Shown: positions 13,310 through 26,799, counted from the whole stretch's first letter. The stretch is 62,972 nucleotides of DNA, filler included, from Octopus bimaculoides (GCF_001194135.2; 5 parts of 5 records of this genome joined end to end with filler, not necessarily neighbours in it), one strand, 5' to 3'. A program made the numbers and translations. Notes: generated by a model from the sequence alone, not told the origin.

Positions 13310-13682
13310 TCTGACTGAGAGACAATTAAAGGTTACGAAATAAGTTAGTGTGCCTATGTGTTTGTTTGTGTGTATGGGCGTATATATATATATATATATG
13401 AATGTGTGTACCTGTTCATGTATATCTGCATATATATNNNNNNNNNNNNNNNNNNNNNNNNNNNNNNNNNNNNNNNNNNNNNNNNNNNNNNNNNNNNNNN
13501 NNNNNNNNNNNNNNNNNNNNNNNNNNNNNNNNNNNNNNNNNNNNNNNNNNNNNNNNNNNNNNNNNNNNNNNNNNNNNNNNNNNNNNNNNNNNNNNNNNNN
13601 NNNNNNNNNNNNNNNNNNNNNNNNNNNNNNNNNNNNNNNNNNNNNNNNNNNNNNNNNNNNNNNNNNNNNNNNNNNNNNNNNN

Positions 13683-13729
<47 letters not shown>

Positions 13730-14037
13730 TAGATGTGTATATATATATATGCGTGTGTGCATATATATACATATATATATGTGCATACATACATACATAT
13801 ATATATACACACATACGTATATATATGAAGATTTACATATACATACATACAAACACATATAAACGCACACGCATATACACCTTTGTCTCAGTTAGTATGT
13901 GAGTATATATATATATGTGCATGTGTGGCTGTATGATTATATGCGTATTCATATACATACATATATACACACATACACATATATAAAGAAAGTGAACAAG
14001 GGAGAAAGAGATAGAGAGACAGAGATAGGAAGAGAGA

Positions 14038-14077
<40 letters not shown>

Positions 14078-15127
14078 AGGAAAGATAGATAGATAGAAAG
14101 AGAGAGAGAGAGCAAAGAAAGAGATAACTAATGACCAACATTTGTTCATCATTTTGTACGCACGTTTTCCTAAAATACTGAAAAAGATGGCCGTGTATCA
14201 ATATATTGATTTCTCTCACTTCGGCGACCATGATGAAGCGCAAAACCTTTTATTTTCTCGCTTTTCTCTCCCTTCCACTTTTTATGATTTGATTGAACTC
14301 TGTTTCTTATCCTGTATTCATTTGTTTTTCAAATTCGATGGGAGCCAATTATCGTATGTTGATAGGTTTTCCTTCTAATCAGATATTTGTATGTGAGGAC
14401 TGTTTTCGTCGGCCGCCATTTTGAATAAGATATCTTAGTCGGAGTAGGTAAGCATTGTCGTGATCATTCTCAGTGAAGTTAATGCGACTTGCCAGATATG
14501 TGGCAGGACGTGGATTTAGACAGAAGGAAAGGTGATAAGAAACGAGGCGGAAAATTGATGAATTAAAAGCACCAGATATAGATAAAGTGTATGTAAAAAG
14601 CCACTCAAATTAACAGACGTGAATTGTAAGTATGTATGTGTATGACAGCAGGGTAGCGTATGAGTGTGTATATATATATATATATATATATNNNNNNNNN
14701 NNNNNNNNNNNNNNNNNNNNNNNNNNNNNNNNNNNNNNNNNNNNNNNNNNNNNNNNNNNNNNNNNNNNNNNNNNNNNNNNNNNNNNNNNNNNNNNNNNNN
14801 NNNNNNNNNNNNNNNNNNNNNNNNNNNNNNNNNNNNNNNNNNNNNNNNNNNNNNNNNNNNNNNNNNNNNNNNNNNNNNNNNNNNNNNNNNNNNNNNNNNN
14901 NNNNNNNNNNNNNNNNNNNNNNNNNNNNNNNNNNNNNNNNNNNNNNNNNNNNNNNNNNNNNNNNNNNNNNNNNNNNNNNNNNNNNNNNNNNNNNNNNNNN
15001 NNNNNNNNNNNNNNNNNNNNNNNNNNNNNNNNNNNNNNNNNNNNNNNNNNNNNNNNNNNNNNNNNNNNNNNNNNNNNNNNNNNNNNNNNNNNNNNNNNNN
15101 NNNNNNNNNNNNNNNNNNNNNNNNNNN

Positions 15128-15167
<40 letters not shown>

Positions 15168-16685
15168 GAGAGTCCATTTTAAAGTGTACACGCTTACGCT
15201 TACTCCCATGTATTTATATATGTAAATATTTGGTTGTACGTATGTGTGGATATGTATGTGTATATATAGAAATATATATACACACACATATGTGTGCTTT
15301 ATGTGTATTTGTTTAGTGACATTATCTAAACGAGTTAAGCAATGACCACGATCAAACAATTAATTATTTTTCTCGCTTTAGAAAGATCCATGACGTGGTG
15401 GAGGCATTATTTGATCTTAAAATCATAATGGCGTCATCAGTACGCGGGAAAACTCTATTCTATCCCATTGGTATGTCACTGGTCCATCGGAAAATGCTTT
15501 CCCCATCGTCAGGGCATTTAAACGCACCAATTTTTTGCTTTGATTAAAGGCCCACGGAAATTACTGATATAATATAAACTACCAAGCGTGCATGTGTTCG
15601 GACAACTTGTCGAAGACAGAAACCACGTTCTCTTTAAATCTTGAGCAAAAGTGAAGAGCATATTGGATTGTGTACACGTAAATATGTAATACATAATCTG
15701 TGTGTGTGTGTGCTGCGTGTGCGTGTACGTGTGTATGTATGTATGTATATATATCTATATCTATCTATCTATATATAGATCGGNNNNNNNNNNNNNNNNN
15801 NNNNNNNNNNNNNNNNNNNNNNNNNNNNNNNNNNNNNNNNNNNNNNNNNNNNNNNNNNNNNNNNNNNNNNNNNNNNNNNNNNNNNNNNNNNNNNNNNNNN
15901 NNNNNNNNNNNNNNNNNNNNNNNNNNNNNNNNNNNNNNNNNNNNNNNNNNNNNNNNNNNNNNNNNNNNNNNNNNNNNNNNNNNNNNNNNNNNNNNNNNNN
16001 NNNNNNNNNNNNNNNNNNNNNNNNNNNNNNNNNNNNNNNNNNNNNNNNNNNNNNNNNNNNNNNNNNNNNNNNNNNNNNNNNNNNNNNNNNNNNNNNNNNN
16101 NNNNNNNNNNNNNNNNNNNNNNNNNNNNNNNNNNNNNNNNNNNNNNNNNNNNNNNNNNNNNNNNNNNNNNNNNNNNNNNNNNNNNNNNNNNNNNNNNNNN
16201 NNNNNNNNNNNNNNNNNNNNNNNNNNNNNNNNNNNNNNNNNNNNNNNNNNNNNNNNNNNNNNNNNNNNNNNNNNNNNNNNNNNNNNNNNNNNNNNNNNNN
16301 NNNNNNNNNNNNNNNNNNNNNNNNNNNNNNNNNNNNNNNNNNNNNNNNNNNNNNNNNNNNNNNNNNNNNNNNNNNNNNNNNNNNNNNNNNNNNNNNNNNN
16401 NNNNNNNNNNNNNNNNNNNNNNNNTATATATTTATATATATATATATACATTTCTGGCCATTTCAAAATGTAACCACGTGTGAATCGTTGGCGATTTTCT
16501 TCCTCCGTCTTCGCTTCTATTGGACTTTCCTCTATTTCCCAAGAAGAGTGTCTGCTCAAAATGTAAAGCCATCTTTCTTTCCTTTCCTGAGCGTCTGATA
16601 ATACATTACATGTACCACGTCCTAGAGCTGCTGTTTTTTTTGTTCTTGTTCTTTTTTGATTTACTATATATATACATACATACAT

Positions 16686-16734
<49 letters not shown>

Positions 16735-17008
16735 AAGTGTTATGATAACGACTAGAGAGACTTTGACCATAGGCCTATTTAATTAGTGCAAATGGAAAGA
16801 AAGCTGAAACCTCGTAATGGTTTCTCAAACTGCTAGAAGAAGTAGTTAAATGCTTCTAAAATCACACCCGCGTGCGTGTATAAATGAATGACACGTTTGA
16901 TAATATAATCCTAGATATACTATGTCTGCAAACAGCATAGAAACCACACAAGCAGTGCAGTAAGATATGTTACTCTGACGACACTGCTACTGGTAGGATT
17001 TTGATAAC

Positions 17009-17095
17009 GTTGCTATGGTTACTCCATCATTGACACTACTTGCATTATTTGACAGTGTTGCTATGGCAACCTATTGACATCGTTACAATTGCAAC
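17009..17095. promoter_or_regulatory. Cluster of three RFX X-box-like motifs
   Basis: GTTGCTATGGTTAC (17009-17022), GTTGCTATGGCAAC (17057-17070) and GTTACAATTGCAAC (17082-17095). Confidence 0.5.
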
Positions 17096-17942
17096 GCTAT
17101 TGTCAACCGCAAAACGTTGTACAATACTGCACTCCTTCTCACCCCCTCCTCCTCCTCCTCCTCCTCCTCCTCCTNNNNNNNNNNNNNNNNNNNNNNNNNN
17201 NNNNNNNNNNNNNNNNNNNNNNNNNNNNNNNNNNNNNNNNNNNNNNNNNNNNNNNNNNNNNNNNNNNNNNNNNNNNNNNNNNNNNNNNNNNNNNNNNNNN
17301 NNNNNNNNNNNNNNNNNNNNNNNNNNNNNNNNNNNNNNNNNNNNNNNNNNNNNNNNNNNNNNNNNNNNNNNNNNNNNNNNNNNNNNNNNNNNNNNNNNNN
17401 NNNNNNNNNNNNNNNNNNNNNNNNNNNNNNNNNNNNNNNNNNNNNNNNNNNNNNNNNNNNNNNNNNNNNNNNNNNNNNNNNNNNNNNNNNNNNNNNNNNN
17501 NNNNNNNNNNNNNNNNNNNNNNNNNNNNNNNNNNNNNNNNNNNNNNNNNNNNNNNNNNNNNNNNNNNNNNNNNNNNNNNNNNNNNNNNNNNNNNNNNNNN
17601 NNNNNNNNNNNNNNNNNNNNNNNNNNNNNNNNNNNNNNNNNNNNNNNNNNNNNNNNNNNNNNNNNNNNNNNNNNNNNNNNNNNNNNNNNNNNNNNNNNNN
17701 NNNNNNNNNNNNNNNNNNNNNNNNNNNNNNNNNNNNNNNNNNNNNNNNNNNNNNNNNNNNNNNNNNNNNNNNNNNNNNNNNNNNNNNNNNNNNNNNNNNN
17801 NNNNNNNNNNNNNNNNNNNNNNNNNNNNNNNNNNNNNNNNNNNNNNNNNNNNNNNNNNNNNNNNNNNNNNNNNNNNNNNNNNNNNNNNNNNNNNNNNNNN
17901 NNNNNNNNNNNNNNNNNNNNNNNNNNNNNNNNNNNNNNNNNN

Positions 17943-17986
<44 letters not shown>

Positions 17987-18039
17987 TGTGAGAGAGAGAG
18001 AACTATAGACACATATAATTAGAGAGAAAGAGAAATGAA

Positions 18040-18077
<38 letters not shown>

Positions 18078-18529
18078 TATAAGCGCAATACATACATATA
18101 TATATATACACACATAAATCAATGTACCCAAACATAGACATACACACGCAAAGACAGATACACAAGCGCCTTTTCAAATTACGTCTCCACTACGCCAGAA
18201 GCTAAGAAAACAGAATCGTTAATAAGTACGTATTTAAAAGATTAAATATTAGTTTCTGATTTCTATACGTGAAACGTTCCAGATTATGAATGGTTGAGAC
18301 TAAAACACACACACAAAAAATTTGGAATAGACGAGGTTTCAAGTAGACAAATGAATTATAAAATATTACTTTAAATACAATTTTTAACAATGGTCTTCGT
18401 TTTTGTAGAATTTCTAGGCTTTTGTTTCATTTTACTAATCTGTTCTGCGAATTATTTTTAATTCCGTTTACAATGCCAGTGAACTAATTAAATATCACAG
18501 TATTATTTCTGATATCCAAATGTATGTAT

Positions 18530-18611
<82 letters not shown>

Positions 18612-18925
18612 TGGTGGTGCGGTGGTGGAATCTTCCTGGCTTTGAGAAAAACAAAATACAGGAGGTTCAGTTAATTATGATTTTATTCAACAGATTCCCC
18701 TCTCTGATTCACACACTTATTGTAGCGGTCCTTCAGTTTTTCTAAGCCATCCAACCAGACCTTTCGTGAGACCCTTAAAGCCAGGAACATCCCAGTACAC
18801 CCTCGTGTGTGTGTATGTGTGTGTGTGTGAGTGTATGTATTTGTGTATCTATATATATCAACATTGGATTTACAAATACAATATCTCTACATTCACTCTC
18901 TATTGCTTAAACATCCTCTCACACC

Positions 18926-18973
18926 GTCTCCGATGAAGGGGTATAATAAATATACTGGAAACAGCTGTAAGAC
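18926..18973 (+). ncRNA. Degenerate minimal type I hammerhead ribozyme motif (Penelope-type)
   Basis: GTCT-CCGATGA-A-GGGGTATA ATAAA TATACTG-GAA-ACAGCTGT-A-AGAC. Stem I has 4 bp, stem III is palindromic, and the core carries a U4-to-C change. Confidence 0.55.
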
Positions 18974-19104
18974 ATTCTATTTATAAATGTCCTGTATTAT
19001 ACACAGCTTTGGTCTTTTATCTCATTACGAAATGTAAATCCTTATATATATATACATACATATTTATGTATATGTATATAATTTGTTTGTTCGTGTTCGT
19101 AAGT

Positions 19105-19290
19105 GTACATGATTTTGGCACAGAATCAATAGTTTTCAGTAGTTGACTAGTACGTATTTTATCGACCCCGAAAGGATGAAAGGCAAAGTGTCTACTTCGG
19201 TGGATTTTGAACTCAGAACGTAAATACAAACGAAATGCTGCCTAAATATTTCGTCCCGCCTGCTATCGATTCCGCCAACTGAGCGCCTTA
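19105..19290 (-). mobile_element. tRNA-derived SINE, family B
   Basis: Contains atcgaccccgaaaggatgaaaggcaaag, shared with the copies at 38.1, 43.8, 56.5 and 62.1 kb. Confidence 0.85.
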
Positions 19291-19356
19291 CTTTTGAACT
19301 TTCTATAATATCAAAATCTTTCAGACACTAGTGCCATGACCAGTCTGTGTGCTTGT

Positions 19357-19399
<43 letters not shown>

Positions 19400-20337
19400 T
19401 GACAAAGACTGTATAATATCGAGAGGTAATATTTATCCCCATTTAAACATAGGTGCTCTGTCAGAACAAACTCTACTGCGGTAGTTACTATGGGAGAAAT
19501 TCTCATATTGACTTTCGATGTAAAACGCACTGTTGTTTATATCGCTAACGTCGAGATATATCCCCGCTATCTCCAACCCAGAGACCAACAGATCACGTCA
19601 TTTCAACCTTCCTTTGTCTCGTCAATGATATACACTCGACTGGTAGAAATAGCAGCGATTCCTCTCTCAAACAGCGGTAACTATTACAATAGTTACCATG
19701 AGAGAAACTGTAATCTAGTGTGTTAATTTCTGTATTAATTTTACCAATATATAAGCACCATAGCTTTCCTTTGAATCTAATCTTTCACTATCAATTAGTG
19801 CTTGCATTTTATTCTATGCCCGCAGCTGTTTTGGAGGTAAACTGATGCTATACGTTTTATAAGTATTTATGAAGGTAATAACTATCCCCTTTAAACATTT
19901 AGAAGATTAAGATAGAAAAAAATTAATGTCTATTGTTTCAAATAAATAAATAAAGTAAATCTCTTTATGTTCATGTAAATATTAAAGGATTAACTGAATG
20001 GGATTATGCTGTTGGATTTAAAGAATACGGTTTAAAGTACTGAAAATATATATTATATAAAATACACAATAATAATTTCGAGTATATTTAGCATGCCACA
20101 TGTTTTGGGGAGAGGGTATAATTGGTAGAGTCGGGATTCGTATGTGTGTATGTATGTATGTATGTATGTATGTATGTATGTGAGTGTGCATGTGTGTGTG
20201 TGTATGAGTGTGTGTGAGTGTGTATGTGTAGTGTGCGCGCGACGCCGCATATGTACGTGTTTGTGACAATCTCAAAACGACATCAGGAACGTGCCTGATG
20301 TTTGTATATAATTATGTCATGTACTAAAATTGACTCC

Positions 20338-20390
<53 letters not shown>

Positions 20391-20692
20391 ACATACATAC
20401 ATACATACATACATACATACATGCATGCATAGATATAAACATTTACATGAACACACATATTCATATGTATATATATATATGTGTATATATATGTATACAT
20501 ATGTATATATATATATATANNNNNNNNNNNNNNNNNNNNNNNNNNNNNNNNNNNNNNNNNNNNNNNNNNNNNNNNNNNNNNNNNNNNNNNNNNNNNNNNN
20601 NNNNNNNNNNNNNNNNNNNNNNNNNNNNNNNNNNNNNNNNNNNNNNNNNATATATACACACACACACACATATATATATATACATATATGCG

Positions 20693-20749
<57 letters not shown>

Positions 20750-20757
20750 GTCTATAA

Positions 20758-20947
20758 CAGCGCTCCGCAACCGGTATACAGCGGCAAATTTGTGTGCCAC
20801 CAGACAATGCTAGATGTGCCGCAGTGTAACTTGAATATAATTAATTCCCTATACTTATAATTATATTTCTAGTTCAGGTGTGCCGGAGAATTTTGAATTG
20901 AAAGGAATGTAAGTGTGCCGCTAGTGAAAAATGGTTGCGGAGCGATG
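20758..20947. mobile_element. hAT-like MITE
   Basis: TIRs CAGCGCTCCGCAACC / GGTTGCGGAGCGATG, with near-TSD GTCTATAA / ATCTATAT. Confidence 0.7.
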
Positions 20948-21205
20948 ATCTATATGTATGTGAACGTATGATTACAGATCAATGCATAATCATGTTATTT
21001 TTCTATTATCGATTTGAGATAGATACTTTAACATACATATCTCTTCGTATCACTGATCTGGTGTGGCCTAAATTTTAGACTGCACACACACACACACCTA
21101 CACAGACGCACATTCACACACACAAGCACAATGTTTACACACACGCATACACACACACCACGCACACACTCGTATTCACACACATGCATACAAATATATG
21201 CACAT

Positions 21206-21247
<42 letters not shown>

Positions 21248-21674
21248 GTGTGTGTGTGTGCTATGTATGCAAGTGTTTACGTATTTGTAAGGTAAGTACA
21301 ACACTATACTATATAATATAATATATGTATTTATTTCGACTTTGATTTCGTTAGGAACATACAATATGCAATAATATTTTGAATATACATACATATATAT
21401 ATATATATATATATNNNNNNNNNNATATGTGTATATATATGTATACATATGTATATATATATATATATATATATCTTCTTATATATGGTGCTCTGTTCCG
21501 AATTGGTAAGATCAACAAAAATAAGTACTCCATCTGTATTTACATGCGGCTGTCAGTTTCAAATGGTCAGTGCATCAGACGTGTTAAAAACACCATTTGG
21601 CATGCTCTCAGCACATGAAACTAATAGTAGCACGTAAAAAACATAAATCGTATCTTTTAAATAATATATATATG

Positions 21675-21714
<40 letters not shown>

Positions 21715-21814
21715 NNNNNNNNNNNNNNNNNNNNNNNNNNNNNNNNNNNNNNNNNNNNTTAATTAATTAANNNNNNNNNNNNNNNNNNNNNNNNNNNNNN
21801 NNNNNNNNNNNNNN

Positions 21815-23030
21815 AAAGTCTACGGAGACGGTCATAGCCCAACTAATTAGGGAGAGAGTCAGTCTAGATGAGATGCATTTTGGGTTCGTGCCAGGGAAAA
21901 GCACCACTGATGCTATATTTCTGGTAAGACAGCTGCAGGAGAAATACCTAGCCAAAGATAAACCTCTGTACCTGGCTTTCGTTGACATGGAGAAAGCCTT
22001 TGACAGGGTACCCCGATCCCTTATCTGGTGGTCAGTGCGGAAACTAGGGATAAATGAATGGTCAGTGAGAGCCATGTACAGGGATGCTATCAGTAAAGTG
22101 AGGATTGGCAACAAGTGCAGTGAAGAATTCTTGGTAGAGGTAGGAGTCCACCAAGGATCAATCCTCAGCCCACTCTTATTCATCATAGTCCTCCAGGCTA
22201 TAACAGAGGAATTCAAGACAGGATGCCCCTGGGAGATTCTCTATGCTGATGACCTTGCTCTAATTGCTGAGTCACTATCAGAANNNNNNNNNNGGAAGGC
22301 AGACAAACCACAAATCCCTTCAGGTAGATGGCCCTGCTCGATCTGTAGAAAAGGCGTAGGTAGAAACTCTATAAGATGCACCCAGTGTAAGCTATGGTCA
22401 CATAAGAGGTGCAGCAATATCAAGCGAAGGCTAGCTGGGAAGATAGTTTTTGTATGTAGCAAATGTTCAGGAGCTATAAACACTGGAAATATGCAGAGAA
22501 CAACCTTTGCTACATTCCAGGGAGAAAAACTAGAAGTAGTTGATAGCTTCCATTACCTAGGGAACTAAGTCAGTAGCAGGGGTGGATGTTCTGAAAGTGT
22601 AGCTGCTAGAATAAGAATAGCCTGGACAAAGTTCAGAGAGCTCTTACCTCTGCTGATGATAAAGAGCCTCTTGCTCAGAGTAAAAAATAGAGTGCATGAC
22701 GCATGTGTACGAACAGCCATGCTCTACATGGCAGTGAAACATGGGTCATGACTGCTGAGGATATGTGTAAGCTTGCAAGGAATGAAGCCAGTATGCTCCG
22801 CTGGATGTGTAATGTCAGTGTGCATACACAACAGAGTGTAAGCGCCCTGAGAGAAAAGTTGGATTTAAGAAGCATCAATTGTGGTGTACAGGAGAGACAA
22901 CTGTGCTGGTATGGTCATGTGTTGTGTATGGATGAGGACAGCTGTGTGAAAATGTGCCACACCCTAGCAGTTGAGAGAACCTGTGGAAGAGGTAGACCCA
23001 GGAAAACTTGGGATGAGGTGGTGAAGTATG
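21815..23030 (+). mobile_element. RTE-clade LINE, 5'-truncated RT fragment with an internal PHD finger
   Basis: FGFVPGKSTTDAIF, FVDMEKAFDRV, GVHQGSILSPLLF and LYADD RT motifs, followed by the HGSETW and LCWYGHV C-terminal motifs. Stops and frameshifts are present. Confidence 0.95.
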
Positions 23031-23034
23031 ATGA

Positions 23035-23385
23035 GTGCATGAACATGAAGTATTCTTTTGAACAACGAAAGACTCAAATGGAAAACAAAACAAACAACAT
23101 AAAGAACGACCCTTCATCAGTTGTTGGCTGTATTTCTATTCTCGTATTTCGAGCATTTAACAACAATATACGCTTTCAATAAAATAGTTGCTCCAACAAA
23201 GCAAATTAAATAAAATTTGGGATTTTGTGGAGGGTTAAAATAGGTAACACAAACAAGACAGTGAAAACAAACAGGAAGGGCTGCTAAGCCTAAACGAGGT
23301 TGTGGTGGCAAATGCATGAATCAAGCTAGGACAGGAGTCAAACAAGGACACGTTTACCTTGTTCCAGCTTCAATGGAGAGGAAGA
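23035..23385. repeat. Dispersed repeat, inverted partner of 24460-24815
   Basis: Clear reverse-complement similarity over about 350 bp. Confidence 0.85.
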
Positions 23386-23433
23386 AAGAACTTTTTTGTT
23401 GTACATGTTTTGTGACATCCTGTGCCCACATAA

Positions 23434-23474
<41 letters not shown>

Positions 23475-24459
23475 NNNNNNNNNNNNNNNNNNNNNNNNNN
23501 NNNNNNNNNNNNNNNNNNNNNNNNNNNNNNNNNNNNNNNNNNNNNNNNNNNNNNNNNNNNNNNNNNNNNNNNNNNNNNNNNNNNNNNNNNNNNNNNNNNN
23601 NNNNNNNNNNNNNNNNNNNNNNNNNNNNNNNNNNNNNNNNNNNNNNNNNNNNNNNNNNNNNNNNNNNNNNNNNNNNNNNNNNNNNNNNNNNNNNNNNNNN
23701 NNNNNNNNNNNNNNNNNNNNNNNNNNNNNNNNNNNNNNNNNNNNNNNNNNNNNNNNNNNNNNNNNNNNNNNNNNNNNNNNNNNNNNNNNNNNNNNNNNNN
23801 NNNNNNNNNNNNNNNNNNNNNNNNNNNNNNNNNNNNNNNNNNNNNNNNNNNNNNNNNNNNNNNNNNNNNNNNNNNNNNNNNNNNNNNNNNNNNNNNNNNN
23901 NNNNNNNNNNNNNNNNNNNNNNNNNNNNNNNNNNNNNNNNNNNNNNNNNNNNNNNNNNNNATCCTTTATATTGAACACTCAATATTTCATCTATTCAATA
24001 AGACATATTCCATATATTCAATAAGACATTCAATACTTTATTTCATAGTACCATCCATTTTTATTTTATATTATTTATTGTATATAATATATTATATATT
24101 GTATATTCCATATTCTATATCCCACATTGGTTTTGCAGGAATATAAATAAAACATAAAAAACAGACAGTGTTGGAACTCTTTTAAACAAAATAATATATT
24201 CCTCTATACACAATCATACAAAACCCCTTTTTTGGTATTTATTTTTACTCGCATATATATATATATATTATTTAAATTATTATGATTGAATGCCACGCAT
24301 CCTCTTCCAAGTAAGTTTTATCTTAATAATTCTGATGCGCACTCTATATGGTCTTTTTACTCTTTCATTTTTCTCTCTTTTTGTCTCTCTTTCTGTTACT
24401 CTCTCTCCCTCACTCCTGCTCCTCCCTTGCTCATGTCTCCCATATGACCATTGGCCATC

Positions 24460-24815
24460 TTTCTTTCTTTCTCTCCATTGTAGCTGGAACAAGGTAGACG
24501 TGTTTTTGTTTGACTCCTGTCCTAGCTTCATTTATGCGTTCACCACCACAACCTCGTTTAGGCTTAGCAGCCCTTTCTGTTTCTTTTCATGGTCCTGTTT
24601 GTGTTACCTATTTTAACCCTCCACAAAGTTCCAAATTTTATTTAATTTGCTTTGTGGGAGCAACTGTTTTATCAAAACCATATATTGTTGTTAAATGCTC
24701 GAAATACGAGACTAGAAAAATGGCCAACAACTGATGAAGGGTCGTTCTTTATGTTGTTTGTCTTGTTTTCCATTTGTGTCTTTCATTGTTTGAAAGAATA
24801 CTTTATGTTCATGCA
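24460..24815. repeat. Dispersed repeat, inverted partner of 23035-23385
   Basis: Clear reverse-complement similarity over about 350 bp. Confidence 0.85.
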
Positions 24816-24870
24816 CTTGTGTTTCATACTTTTTTGTTGTACACATTTTGTGACATTCTGTGCCTACATA

Positions 24871-24917
<47 letters not shown>

Positions 24918-25762
24918 NNNNNNNNNNNNNNNNNNNNNNNNNNNNNNNNNNNNNNNNNNNNNNNNNNNNNNNNNNNNNNNNNNNNNNNNNNNNNNNNNNN
25001 NNNNNNNNNNNNNNNNNNNNNNNNNNNNNNNNNNNNNNNNNNNNNNNNNNNNNNNNNNNNNNNNNNNNNNNNNNNNNNNNNNNNNNNNNNNNNNNNNNNN
25101 NNNNNNNNNNNNNNNNNNNNNNNNNNNNNNNNNNNNNNNNNNNNNNNNNNNNNNNNNNNNNNNNNNNNNNNNNNNNNNNNNNNNNNNNNNNNNNNNNNNN
25201 NNNNNNNNNNNNNNNNNNNNNNNNNNNNNNNNNNNNNNNNNNNNNNNNNNNNNNNNNNNNNNNNNNNNNNNNNNNNNNNNNNNNNNNNNNNNNNNNNNNN
25301 NNNNNNNNNNNNNNTTTTTTGTTGTACACATTTTGTGACATTCTGTGCCTACATATGCATATATACATACAGGTATGTGCACACCTACGTCTACCAGTAT
25401 ATATAGGTGCATATCTGGGTACAGGACATTGCAAACAAAACGTAGACAAGAAAATAATAATAACCAGAGTACAGAAAACACACAGGCCACATAGAGAACA
25501 TTTTCCTTCATCAGCTACTTCCGTTTTAACACCGGCATTTTGAAGAGTAGGGCAGGACGCATCGTTAAAATGGCTCTTCTCATGGACCGCAAATTAAATT
25601 TGTATACACAAATTAAACTTGTGCCATGGAGGAATGTCGTGGCGGACAAAAAACAAGACAAGAAAAACGGAAAAGAAAACAAGACAGGAAAACAAACGGA
25701 AAAGGCTATGCGGCCAGACGTGAAAAATTATGTGTATATGAACGCTGTGAGGTGTATAGATG

Positions 25763-25803
<41 letters not shown>

Positions 25804-25812
25804 GTAGATAAA

Positions 25813-25844
<32 letters not shown>

Positions 25845-25900
25845 TAGATAGCTAGCTAGATAGATAGATAGATAGATGGATAGATAGATAGATAGATATA

Positions 25901-26303
25901 GGTGCAGGAGTAGCAATGTGGTAAGAAGCTTACTTCGAAGCTACTTGATTCCAGGTTCAGTCCACTGTGTGGCACCTTTGGCAAGTGTCTTCTACTATAG
26001 CCTCAGGCCAACCAAAGCCTTGTGAGTGGATTTGGTAGACGGAAACTGAAAGGAGCTCAGTGTATGTGTTTTTGTGTGTGTGTGTGCGTGTGTGTGTTTG
26101 TGTATCTGTGTTTGTTGCCCTACAACTTGACAACCAATGTTGGTGTTTACATCCCTGTAACTTAGCAGTTCGGCAAAAGAGACCAATAGAATAAGTACTA
26201 GTCTTACAAAGAATAAGTCCTGGGGTTGATTTATTTGACTAAAGGCGGTGCTCCAGCATGGCCGCAGTCAAATGACTGAAACAAGTAAAAGAATAAAGAA
26301 TAT
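25901..26303 (+). mobile_element. SINE family A, near full length
   Basis: tRNA-like head GGTGCAGGAGTAGCAATGTGG...GGTTCAGTCC, CORE-like segment, internal (TG)n and AAAAGAAT tail. Confidence 0.9.
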
Positions 26304-26313
26304 NNNNNNNNNN

Positions 26314-26361
<48 letters not shown>

Positions 26362-26489
26362 TGAATGTAATGAGAAGCAAGCTAGGCAAGTCAGTTTACA
26401 TGTAATGTTAAATACATTTAATAGAAAAAATGTAAATGTGTTTGGATATAAAATAGTCCAACTTACACAGAATATAAATTATATCAGGA

Positions 26490-26713
26490 GTTATATGAGT
26501 AGAGTTTTAGGAGTCCAACAGTTGTTTCTGGGGGTTTGGTGGTCTGGAATAATGATGGTTACTTGGATCCATTATCAGATAACCCTAACCTCAGCCTCCA
26601 GGGAAGAGTTTTACATTGGAGAATTTTACATTTGAGGCGTAACTTGCAAGACAAAAATCTTTTGAGAGAGAAAGGGGCATTGGAGGAGGTGATCTTGTGT
26701 CAGAGGATGAAAG

Positions 26714-26799
<86 letters not shown>

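Noticed and set aside
24695-24745. GAAA...CTGATGA as a type II hammerhead in the inverted repeat
   Set aside because: Stems I and III cannot be formed in either copy.
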